From Bacteroidia bacterium (GTDB taxonomy: Bacteria; Bacteroidota; Bacteroidia; Bacteroidales; JAPLDU01): DNA of 64,000 nt. The stretch lies in assembly GCA_026391255.1 (NCBI GenBank), contig JAPLDU010000069.1:367-64366 (forward strand), written 5' to 3'. How positions within the stretch are numbered: the first letter of the stretch is position 1; each line of letters begins with the position of its first letter. The position numbers and the translations under genes were made by a program. The notes beneath the pieces are model-generated. The model had not been told where the DNA came from. It saw only the letters and a program-made list of their open reading frames with translations, and did no database searches. This document shows positions 26,185 through 34,976 of this stretch, one piece after another.

Positions 26185-27981
26185 TTATTTGAGTGTTACA
26201 CTTTTGATGATCTTCTCTGATTTTTTATGGGATTCCTTTAAGTTTTTCCTTGTTTTTTCAACTCCTGAAAGTGATGGCTTCTTTTTGCCTTTTTTCACAA
26301 GGGATGAAATTCCCCATATCCCAAGTCCGGCTGCTCCGATAATTAGTAATGGTTTTAAGAAACTTCCGGTTTTACCTATTTCCTGTTCTGATGTTGCCTG
26401 AGAATCGGTAGAAGATTCAGCAGGTAAATCTGCCGGTTTCCCTGGATCAGTTGATGAAGGATTATCCCCGGTAGTTTTTGCAGGTTCTGTGCCAGGTGTT
26501 TGCGATTGTGATTGCAGGTCGTTAATGACATTATTGGCTGCATCCTTATGAACAAGTCCTGAATCAGCAAGTACTTTCAGTGTCAGGATAATTAATGGAG
26601 ACGCTGCAGCAACTGAAGCAGCAAGTACAAACCCAAGATTACCTGTTCCGCTAATTCCTTTTGCTTTACCGTTAAGAATAGCACTTCTTAGTTTGCTGCG
26701 CTGTCCTTGCAATTTATCAGCGAACATTTTCTCGACTTTGTCAAGGGCTGATTTTGATTTTTTCCAGTCCTCTGAGCTGATCCTTTTTGCTTTTGCCTGT
26801 TGCTCGGTTGCATAGCCCCATTTCAGTTTGGATGCCATACTGCCAATGTCAAGTTTCATGGCAAGCAAATATGCGGACCTAACAGCAATGGATGCAGGGT
26901 TAAAACGAATGAATGCCTGTCCGCCTTTCTTGACTGCCTCACCGACCTTATTAAAGAAACCTTTGAGTTTTTTCTTGAGACTTCCCAGGGAAGAAGCCAA
27001 TTCAGCGCCGGATAGTCCGTCAAGTTCCTGCCAGTCATCATCCAGACCGGACAGGTCAAGGTTCTCATCGGTTTGTGAAAGTCCGTTCTTTTTGTTCCAG
27101 TCGTCCTCGTTTTTGGCAAGGTTTTCGAGTGCCTTGTCACGGTTTGGTGTGTTCCATGCACCAATGGCATAATCAAGCATTTGGATAAAAGCAGGCGGGT
27201 AATCCACACTTGCTATCATTTTTGGATTAGAAGCCACCAGTTTCCTGTTCTTTACAAGGTAGCTGTAAATAGCTTTCAGACGTTCTTCTTCCGAGGTGTC
27301 GCCAATGTTATTTATTCCTTCCAGGTCACGGGCAAAGACCACATCATTAAACATGGTATCATCCCCTGTACCTGAAAGTACTGCAATGTCTATTCCTGCT
27401 AAGTGAGCGGAACCGGAGTTAATGTTCATAGGAAAATCTTTTTTTTGTGAATAAGGTTTTTCGTAGTTAAATCTTGAAAGTACGCAGTCAATAGTGTAAT
27501 ATGAACCGGACTCAGGGATGGGCACAACCACGTACACGTGCTGCCAGGTGTTCTGGTCATATTTGGTGATACGAAAAGTGTGCGGGATTTGAAGGTTAAG
27601 TAGTATGGTTGAAACAAAAATGGAAAAACAGTCGCAGTCAATGCCCAGGGAGCGTTCCTGCCAAGAGCGTGCAGGGCGGCGCAGTTGTTCCATCCCCTTT
27701 TTATCGAGCCGGTATTGTATATGGTTATAAAGGAAGTCCCAGATGTTATCGCAGGTCTGGCGAAGTGAACTAGCTTTGAGTTGTGGAGCCAGTTTTTCAG
27801 TGTCGGCCTTGTATTTCCAGGCTACCTGTTTCATCAGGTCAACCGTTTTATCAGCGTCTCCGTCCCTGATCATTATCCTATCCTTATCCTCTGGTTTAGG
27901 GAATAACTGATCGAAACGGTCGCCCTTTTTGATTGGCCGGTAACCGGAAGTGATATTACCAATATGGAAAAGTTCGCTCAT
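26185..27981 (-). CDS. Transglutaminase-like (papain-fold) Cys protease domain fused to a membrane-anchored structural region
   Basis: GIDCDCFS (Cys), WQHVYVV (His), YTIDCV (Asp); C-terminal TM LLIIGAAGLGIWGISSLV followed by KKGKKK. Confidence 0.75.
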   Translation of the reverse strand: MSELFHIGNITSGYRPIKKGDRFDQLFPKPEDKDRIMIRDGDADKTVDLMKQVAWKYKADTEKLAPQLKASSLRQTCDNIWDFLYNHIQYRLDKKGMEQLRRPARSWQERSLGIDCDCFSIFVSTILLNLQIPHTFRITKYDQNTWQHVYVVVPIPESGSYYTIDCVLSRFNYEKPYSQKKDFPMNINSGSAHLAGIDIAVLSGTGDDTMFNDVVFARDLEGINNIGDTSEEERLKAIYSYLVKNRKLVASNPKMIASVDYPPAFIQMLDYAIGAWNTPNRDKALENLAKNEDDWNKKNGLSQTDENLDLSGLDDDWQELDGLSGAELASSLGSLKKKLKGFFNKVGEAVKKGGQAFIRFNPASIAVRSAYLLAMKLDIGSMASKLKWGYATEQQAKAKRISSEDWKKSKSALDKVEKMFADKLQGQRSKLRSAILNGKAKGISGTGNLGFVLAASVAAASPLIILTLKVLADSGLVHKDAANNVINDLQSQSQTPGTEPAKTTGDNPSSTDPGKPADLPAESSTDSQATSEQEIGKTGSFLKPLLIIGAAGLGIWGISSLVKKGKKKPSLSGVEKTRKNLKESHKKSEKIIKSVTLK

Positions 27982-27986
27982 CTTTT

Positions 27987-28202
27987 TTAGCGGGTGTTTT
28001 TGTTCTTATATACATGGTCTATGGCCATTTTCAGTCCATAGCCCACAATGGCAGATACAGCAGCATACAGAGCCACTTCACCGATATGAGCAAGGGTGAT
28101 CTCCGTTATGATCATATTTGATGAAAAGGCTTTTGCCAGCCCTCCGAAGATTCCGGAGCCGGTCGTTACCAGTAGGTTTATTTCTTTTTTCAGCATCGTC
28201 AT
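27987..28202 (-). CDS. Small two-TM membrane protein, first gene of the long operon
   Basis: 71 aa with two hydrophobic segments. Confidence 0.6.
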   Translation of the reverse strand: MTMLKKEINLLVTTGSGIFGGLAKAFSSNMIITEITLAHIGEVALYAAVSAIVGYGLKMAIDHVYKNKNTR

Positions 28203-28268
28203 TTGTCTTTAAAAATATTTCGGGACAAATATCTGATGGCAAAAAACTGCACAGTCCTTAAAGTGCCC

Positions 28269-28358
28269 TGAACGTACCTGAACGAACCTAAAAAGTACTA
28301 AAAAGCATTGAACGTACTTAAAAGTCATTGAACGTACTTAAACAGTACTGAAAAAATA
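28269..28358. repeat. Degenerate 10-bp tandem repeats (TGAACGTACY / TAAAAAGTAC), ~9 units
   Basis: tgaacgtacc tgaacgaacc taaaaagtac taaaaagcat tgaacgtact taaaagtcat tgaacgtact taaacagtac tgaaaaaata. Confidence 0.8.
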
Positions 28359-28472
28359 GTAAATATTTGATATGATGATATTTACAAGGTAAAATCGAGA
28401 AGAAACTAATACCATATAAAATAACATATAAAATTTATGCCCAAATACTTGCGTAATTGCCTGAAAAATTTA

Positions 28473-28480
28473 TACTTTTG
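28473..28480 (+). promoter_or_regulatory. Bacteroidota -7 promoter box facing the cassette array (Pc-like)
   Basis: TACTTTTG with a TTG about 21 nt upstream. Confidence 0.45.
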
Positions 28481-28669
28481 TTTTAAGAAATATGGCCGGA
28501 TAGTTTCCTTGTTAGACCCGGATATGGGACTGACGGGGCGAAGCTGTAGAAAAGGTTGAAAAATCAAGGGAAATGGATGCCAGAATTAATCGAGGTTTCA
28601 AACATCTAATTTATAAACCCGATTGATTGAGAAAATAAGATTACTGCAGATACCTGTAAAATTTGGGGA

Positions 28670-28732
28670 ATTTACGACAGCCAATATATGAAATATTTAC
28701 GACAAAGTTCAGAAAGCGAATTGTTGGGCAAC
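28670..28732 (+). other. Candidate attI-like site: two ATTTACGACA direct repeats then core GTTGGGC
   Basis: Direct repeats at 28670-28679 and 28695-28704; GTTGGGCAAC at 28723-28732, 5 nt before the ATG; no attC-type hairpin seen upstream. Confidence 0.45.
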
Positions 28733-28737
28733 ATTAA

Positions 28738-29376
28738 ATGAATACCAATATGACAACAGAAATTTTAAATATTATTAAATCAAATGTTTTCAGACAATGG
28801 CTATCTAATGAAGATGAATTGTCAAATTTTGTAAATGGAAACCATAGAAAAAGAGAATTATTAATACGAGATAAATTGTTCGATGAATTGGAAAGGAATT
28901 TTCCTGGAAGATTTAAAAAAGAGCAAAATTATCGGGACTTGATTGATTTAAAAACAGAATCAATTTGCGAATTAGGACATTCAGGAATGTTTCAAAATCC
29001 TCATTTCGTAGCAAGAAAATGTATAAGTGATTATTATAAAAGAAAAATAAGACAGCAAGATAGCAGAAATTTTATTTCTCTTCAAATACTTACTGATATT
29101 AAGAAATACCAAGGGACTATTAAATATCAAAGTATGGTTGATACACTTAATAATAATCGAAGCTGGAAATATGGAAACAGAAAAAATAGAATTTGTGTAA
29201 TAAATCAAGATTATACTTTGATTGGCAATTTTCACCTAAGTCAACCGATGAATATATCAGCAAGTATATATGAGATTGACCTATATTATTTGATTTCTGG
29301 ACCATTAAATTTGAATTGGAGTAGATTAAGAAATAGCTATAATCCTAAAGAAATAGATTTATCAAGAATAAAATAA
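28738..29376 (+). CDS. Cassette 1 hypothetical protein (possible degenerate PD-(D/E)xK-like fold)
   Basis: AT-rich 212-aa ORF; KEQNYRDLIDLKTESICELG only weakly nuclease-like. Confidence 0.5.
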   Translation: MNTNMTTEILNIIKSNVFRQWLSNEDELSNFVNGNHRKRELLIRDKLFDELERNFPGRFKKEQNYRDLIDLKTESICELGHSGMFQNPHFVARKCISDYYKRKIRQQDSRNFISLQILTDIKKYQGTIKYQSMVDTLNNNRSWKYGNRKNRICVINQDYTLIGNFHLSQPMNISASIYEIDLYYLISGPLNLNWSRLRNSYNPKEIDLSRIK

Positions 29377-29544
29377 ACTGTTTATCTTCTTAACACTTGA
29401 AAACTATCATAAATGGTTGGTATATATTGGAATATAATTGAATATTGCGAATTGATAAAAAAACGCACCATGTGCATCATATTCTGCGATATACCTAAAT
29501 TCGACATATTATAAACAAATAAAGGGTTAAAAAATATTAACGTT

Positions 29545-29677
29545 GCCCAACAAACCGCTATATTCCACAGGGGTTTTAGAAGGAATGCAGGGTGTATCGC
29601 CCGCCCGGAGGACGATTCTGAATAATGAACATAGCATCCCCGTAATCCCCTGCGGCACATAGCGGCAGGCGTTATGG
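29545..29677 (+). other. attC-type cassette recombination site 1 (133 bp)
   Basis: R'' GCCCAAC, arms CCGCTAT/ATAGCGG and CAGGGG/CCCCTG with bulges, R' GTTATGG. Confidence 0.75.
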
Positions 29678-29722
29678 GCAATATGATCAATACAATGTAA
29701 TAATTATTTAATGAAGTAATTT

Positions 29723-31810
29723 ATGAAAACAAAAAACTCCATGATTCCGAGTTCAAGAAATGAACTTCCGACCAATCCAATATTTGATGCATATAATAAC
29801 CTTATTATAGACTTAACATCAGACTTTAATTCACATCATGATGTTAAAGTTTTATTTGATGATGGATTATTTACATATCAGCTTACCCTTGGACAAAAAA
29901 ATTTCTTTGAAAACCTTTATGTTGTTGGGAAAGATGATAGCTTTGTATTTATTCCAGAGAATGTAAAAATGATTTACCCAGAACTATCCGATTTAAGAAT
30001 AGGAAAAAATGAATGGCAATTAATTGATTTTGTGACTAGTGAAAATTTTGAAATGACTAGACTTGTATCTATTATAACACCAATAGGCAGAGGAAAGACT
30101 ACACTTTTAAGTTACACTTTTCTCTACTTACGTGAAATGGTGCCAAATCTTAAAAAACGCGTTATTCCTATAGCTATTAATTGCCATGGAATTAAAGCGC
30201 CACTAAATGATAGAGTTTATAAAAATGAAACTTTTGATTTCCTTCTAACGAGTGTTTTTAAACCAGCTTTATTAAAAATAATTGATCAGTTTATAAAAAT
30301 CACAGATAATGCATTTTGGGATTGGTATTGCGAAAATTATCAAACCACATATGGGCATAAATTACATAGTTATAACGATGCATTAAATGAGGTTACTACT
30401 GATCAAGAAAAAGATTTCTACAGATCTCAAATATTTCAATTAAAAAATGAGGAACAAGATAAGGAAGAATACTTATATTCAGCTATAGAATATGTTAAAA
30501 AAACATATAAAAAGGAAATTGTATTCATTTTTGATAATATGGACTTTTTATCGATAAATAGTATCCAATTTTTAATAGAATTTGTAGAGAGGATTAAGGG
30601 AAAAACATCATTAAAATTTATTCTAACATTACGTGAAATTACGAGCAGAAAAGTAAGTGAAGCTTTTAGAGGGACTCTTTTTGAAACTATGCTGGATTGG
30701 GTCCCTGTAAATAGCATTGAGGTGATGAATAGAAGATGCAATTTATTAAATGAATCTTTAGTAAGTGAGGCCGAACGTAATCCTATAGTTATTAGAAATA
30801 TAAAAATATTTGTTTCAAATGTCAAAGAATTAATATTGGGTTTGACAAGTGCAATAAGTAACTCAACAGATTTAATTGAGTTATTTGCTAATAATAATAT
30901 GAGGAATGAATTGCAATTATTTAGAATTATTTTGAAATCAGGATTGCTTCCCGAATGGTCTCTAAACACAGTTCTTTTTCAATTTTCTGACGAAATTCAA
31001 GAAATCAAAAAAATACCAACCTATATTGTTTTGGAATCTATTGTTACAAATAATTATGGAACTTACATTGATTCAAAAAAAAGAGCAGTTCCCGGATTGA
31101 TTAATATACTTTCCACGAACAAAACACCTGAGATACTTGACTTTTTGTATTTATTAGTGCTTTCAGATCTAATGAAACATGATAACAACGATATATTGGT
31201 AAAGAATATAAATAACAGACTTTTCCATTTGTTAAATTGCTGTGATAGAGAAATATTTGATGAGTCATTTTATGATATTATTACTTCACTTCTAAATGCT
31301 GGACTTCTTGTTTCATCAGAAGTATATGAGATTTCGGCATCTGACAATGTAAGAACAGATGTTAAATACATTAACATATCTGATTTGGGTAGATTTTATA
31401 TGAATAATTTAATTTATAACTATAATTATATAGTTTTCGTCAAAGATAACATTAATCTTAAAGAAATTAATTTCGAAGGAACAATTGAGACCCGTATAAT
31501 AAGCTATAGTGAGAATAGATTTAATAGACAGAAATATACTAGGTTAAATTTGATAAACCTTACTCGTTTCTTTGATGAATTTGTAAAAAAGGAACTTGAA
31601 TTTTTAACACATATTAAGTCCCAAGAAAAACTTCTTCAATACTTTGATTTTTACTCATCTGTGAATAAATCTTTATATACTGTAAAAATGATTGATTCGA
31701 TAATACGGTTTTTCGATAATGAGAGATTTGGAAATTCTGATGTTCTTGATGAATTAAAAAGTCAAAAGAAGACGATAAATATCGAGTTTTATAAATTATT
31801 ACAGAATTAA
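29723..31810 (+). CDS. Cassette 2 large P-loop NTPase (STAND/KAP-like), candidate defence protein
   Basis: Walker A TPIGRGKTT, Walker B IVFIFDNMD; AT-rich. Confidence 0.7.
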   Translation: MKTKNSMIPSSRNELPTNPIFDAYNNLIIDLTSDFNSHHDVKVLFDDGLFTYQLTLGQKNFFENLYVVGKDDSFVFIPENVKMIYPELSDLRIGKNEWQLIDFVTSENFEMTRLVSIITPIGRGKTTLLSYTFLYLREMVPNLKKRVIPIAINCHGIKAPLNDRVYKNETFDFLLTSVFKPALLKIIDQFIKITDNAFWDWYCENYQTTYGHKLHSYNDALNEVTTDQEKDFYRSQIFQLKNEEQDKEEYLYSAIEYVKKTYKKEIVFIFDNMDFLSINSIQFLIEFVERIKGKTSLKFILTLREITSRKVSEAFRGTLFETMLDWVPVNSIEVMNRRCNLLNESLVSEAERNPIVIRNIKIFVSNVKELILGLTSAISNSTDLIELFANNNMRNELQLFRIILKSGLLPEWSLNTVLFQFSDEIQEIKKIPTYIVLESIVTNNYGTYIDSKKRAVPGLINILSTNKTPEILDFLYLLVLSDLMKHDNNDILVKNINNRLFHLLNCCDREIFDESFYDIITSLLNAGLLVSSEVYEISASDNVRTDVKYINISDLGRFYMNNLIYNYNYIVFVKDNINLKEINFEGTIETRIISYSENRFNRQKYTRLNLINLTRFFDEFVKKELEFLTHIKSQEKLLQYFDFYSSVNKSLYTVKMIDSIIRFFDNERFGNSDVLDELKSQKKTINIEFYKLLQN

Positions 31811-31817
31811 TATAAAT

Positions 31818-32354
31818 ATGGAAAGAATCAAATGCTTAACAAAGAAATGCCATTACTATCGAGAAATTGATTATAATGAAGATAAAAGACTGGGGTATAA
31901 ACATAAATGTCTTATGGGTTATTTCAATATTGTTAATGAAGGTGAGACCTACCCTTCCTACGCATCTGAAGAGGATGGTCTTATAATCTATAGAGATGAT
32001 CACTTATCAAATTATTGGAGTAAACGAAAATATTGTAGGAAAGACTGGGATTCATTCTATTCAAAATTATTGCCAAATATATTTGCAGGATTAGCTATTA
32101 TTATTTCTCTTCTTGTATTATTCTCTGAATATAACAAAAAAAGAGCTGAAAAGAAAGATACTTTTTTGTCTATTAAGCAAAAACAGGAAGTTGAGAGTAT
32201 TATTGTTGCAAAATTGATGCAACTGACTGTCGTTAACACAGAACAACTGAAAAAGACTGATTTAATTATTGAGCTATTTCGCCTTGATAGCGTTACTTCA
32301 ATTGGAATTAAAAATAGAAAAATACCACCCATAACGAGCATGCATCAGCCATAA
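31818..32354 (+). CDS. Cassette 2 second gene: Cys/His-containing N-terminus plus single TM
   Basis: CLTKKCHY...HKC; TM IFAGLAIIISLLVLF; 7 nt after the NTPase stop; last codons overlap attC2. Confidence 0.6.
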   Translation: MERIKCLTKKCHYYREIDYNEDKRLGYKHKCLMGYFNIVNEGETYPSYASEEDGLIIYRDDHLSNYWSKRKYCRKDWDSFYSKLLPNIFAGLAIIISLLVLFSEYNKKRAEKKDTFLSIKQKQEVESIIVAKLMQLTVVNTEQLKKTDLIIELFRLDSVTSIGIKNRKIPPITSMHQP

Positions 32355-32418
32355 TATCAACAAAGTAACTCTTAGCAAAGGTTTGAATTTTACGGCTTAT
32401 GCAGGCAAAGCGTTATAT
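32329..32418 (+). other. attC-type cassette recombination site 2 (90 bp)
   Basis: R'' CCATAAC, arms GCATGCATCAGCCATAA vs TTACGGCTTATGCAGGC with single mismatches, R' GTTATAT. Confidence 0.7.
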
Positions 32419-32915
32419 GAAATTGCAAAATAAATGACATTCCTCTGAAATCGTTCCCCTCGGCTAAGTCACTCTGATTATCACCTGCGGTATCATGAAC
32501 AGTGAATCGGCGGTTAAAAATTCAGTCCTTCATCAGTTTGTGAGATCTTCTTACTTATCGTTTTTCGTTAGTTTTGCTTGTTAGCACTGACTAATATGAT
32601 CTCTGCTGACTTTTTGGCTAATAGAAACCTAATCTATTCCAAGACCTCCCCCGGTAAGACAAATGTCCTTCGGTTATTCCCAACTGCATTTACATTTTGC
32701 GTTTCGGCTTTTGTTTCCTGGACGTCAGTATGATGTGTTACCTTATCCGATTTAACATGCCTGGAACATTACGTGGCTTGACGCAAACAACAAAAACGGT
32801 GAAGAAATGAAGAACAAAATCGGTTCATTTCTCGTATCATATATTTTCTGTAATTTAGCTGTTTAAAAAGTTTTTTTTCATTCACCAATGCATTTATTTT
32901 TTTAAATCTATAAAT

Positions 32916-34508
32916 ATGAAAAAAATATCAGAACTTAACCTTGGATTTATTGATGCAGAAAATTATCAAGGCCTGGAAAATAAGGAACTTTTTAATAGGA
33001 TATTTGTGAAAAATAAGTATTTGGATAGAATATTTTTACCTCATAATTATTTTCTTATTGGTGATAAAGGAACAGGTAAAACTGCATATGCTATATTTTT
33101 GACAAATAATCATTATAATAATACAAAATCCGATACAAAATTCATAAGAGAAACAGATTATGAGAAATTTATTACTTTGAAAAGAGAGAAACATTTACAG
33201 TTATCTGATTATACCAGTATTTGGAAGGTAATTATATTATTGCTGTTATCAAACAGTCTTACTAAGGAAGAATTGGATTATTATCCATTCAATAAGGGAA
33301 CAAAGATGAAGATCCTATTATCAGCTATCAATGAATATTATTCAAGTGCTTTTTCACCAGAAATTATTTATGCTTTAAATTTCATTGAAAATAATAAGAT
33401 TGCTGCTGAGTTGATTTCAAAATACCTTAAAGTAGGGGAAGAACAAAGTCAAAGTACGTCTTTTCAGGAATCAAAATTTCAAGTTAATTTGTTGTACATA
33501 GAAAAGAAATTCATTGAAGCCATTTCAAACATAAAATTGAAAAATAATCATTTTCTTTTTATCGACGGGATAGATGTTAGACCAGGTGAAATATTATTTT
33601 CTGATTATCTTGAATGTGTGAAAGGTTTGGCAAATGCAGTGTGGAGTTTAAATGCTGATTTTTTTACAAAAATTAAAGATTCTACAGGAAGATTTAAAGT
33701 CATTTTATTACTTAGACCTGATATCTATTATTCACTTAGTTTGCAAAATTCGACTAATAAACTTAGAGATAATTCTGTATACCTAGATTGGAGAACCACT
33801 TATCCTGAATATAGGGATTCTGAATTATTCTGTCTTGCGGATAAATTGCTTAATGCTCAACAAAATAAGACTACTTCAATTGGTAAAGCATGGGATCATT
33901 ATGTTCCTTGGTGTGGCAAATCTACTTTTCGTGAAAGAGAATATGATCCTTCCTTTTATAAGTTTTTACAGCTTTCTTATTCGCGTCCTAGAGATATAAT
34001 TACTATGTTACAAATTTTGCAAAGTATTTTTATTCAAAAAAACCATAAGGAAAATGAAGTTTTTCAAGAATCTGATTTTGACAGCCATGATTTTCAGAAT
34101 CAATATTCACAGTATTTGATGGGAGGGATAAGAGACCAACTTTCTTTTTATTATACTAATAGTGATTTTGAATTGTTTCTAAAATTTTTCCAATTTCTAA
34201 ATGGGAAAGTGGAATTTGATTATGATGAATATATAGTCGCATACAAAAAATTCGAAGCATTTTTATTTGATAATTGTAAAAATGATATCCCTGAATTTGT
34301 TGAATCAGCTGACGGGTTTTTACAGTTTTTATATGTTACAAATATGATTTGCTATTATGAAGAATTATTAAACGGTAATCCTATGTTTCATTTTTGTTAT
34401 AAAGAAAGAAATTTTGCTAATATTTCTCCAAAAGTTAAATCTCATGAGCATTATAGAATTCATTACGGTTTAGCAAAAGAATTAAATCTTGGTAGAAGTA
34501 TAAAATAA
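32916..34508 (+). CDS. P-loop ATPase (resembles Sll1717-like family), cargo
   Basis: LIGDKGTGKTA, FLFIDGID, RPRDII; family assignment from memory only. Confidence 0.65.
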   Translation: MKKISELNLGFIDAENYQGLENKELFNRIFVKNKYLDRIFLPHNYFLIGDKGTGKTAYAIFLTNNHYNNTKSDTKFIRETDYEKFITLKREKHLQLSDYTSIWKVIILLLLSNSLTKEELDYYPFNKGTKMKILLSAINEYYSSAFSPEIIYALNFIENNKIAAELISKYLKVGEEQSQSTSFQESKFQVNLLYIEKKFIEAISNIKLKNNHFLFIDGIDVRPGEILFSDYLECVKGLANAVWSLNADFFTKIKDSTGRFKVILLLRPDIYYSLSLQNSTNKLRDNSVYLDWRTTYPEYRDSELFCLADKLLNAQQNKTTSIGKAWDHYVPWCGKSTFREREYDPSFYKFLQLSYSRPRDIITMLQILQSIFIQKNHKENEVFQESDFDSHDFQNQYSQYLMGGIRDQLSFYYTNSDFELFLKFFQFLNGKVEFDYDEYIVAYKKFEAFLFDNCKNDIPEFVESADGFLQFLYVTNMICYYEELLNGNPMFHFCYKERNFANISPKVKSHEHYRIHYGLAKELNLGRSIK

Positions 34509-34620
34509 TATCAAATATATTTTTAACTCTAAACTTCATTTCCTTTAAATCTAAGGAATTAATAAAAAATCAACTACAAATGTAGTGAGTGGTTGACGGT
34601 CAGGTGACTGACAATGTACA

Positions 34621-34848
34621 TCAGATAGGGGGATCAAAATGTCTAATTAACACCTTCACCTGTTTAGGAGTAAAGTATTTTTGCCCTTTCTTCCAGCCGG
34701 TCCTTGTCAGTTTTGAAAATAGATGGTGACTGCGGTATATCCATTTAGTAAAAGTATGGGAGGCAGACATTTTTGAGACATTGGGGAAATAAAGTTGGGC
34801 TAATTCGCCAAACCCATATGTTCTGATTTCAAAATCTTGTGTCTTCAT
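34621..34848 (-). CDS. Small HTH-like protein, DUF4248-like (possible regulator or excisionase)
   Basis: RTYGFGELAQLYFP...FTPKQV.VL..HF.PP pattern; immediately downstream of the integrase. Confidence 0.7.
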   Translation of the reverse strand: MKTQDFEIRTYGFGELAQLYFPNVSKMSASHTFTKWIYRSHHLFSKLTRTGWKKGQKYFTPKQVKVLIRHFDPPI

Positions 34849-34892
34849 AAGCAGATATATTTAAAACCAAGTAGTTATTTTATAGATTCCAG

Positions 34893-34921
34893 GAGAAAGC
34901 CATGATTTTTATGGCTTTCTC
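34893..34921. terminator. Hairpin downstream of the integrase
   Basis: GAGAAAGCCAT gattttt ATGGCTTTCTC. Confidence 0.55.
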
Positions 34922-34976
34922 TATTTTATAAGTAGTTGGATCATAATTTGAGATATAAAATGACTGATAATCATGA

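Noticed and set aside
23375-27446. Other A7-A8 runs (about 23375, 23539 and 27439) as frameshift sites
   Set aside because: Shifted frames stop within a few codons; they could give truncations, but nothing supports function
28490-28560. GC-richer stretch after the -7 box as a small RNA
   Set aside because: No recognisable family or stable structure by eye; may simply be leader sequence
29382-29690. 102-aa minus-strand ORF MIILPITPAAM...
   Set aside because: Antisense reading through attC1; no independent coding signal
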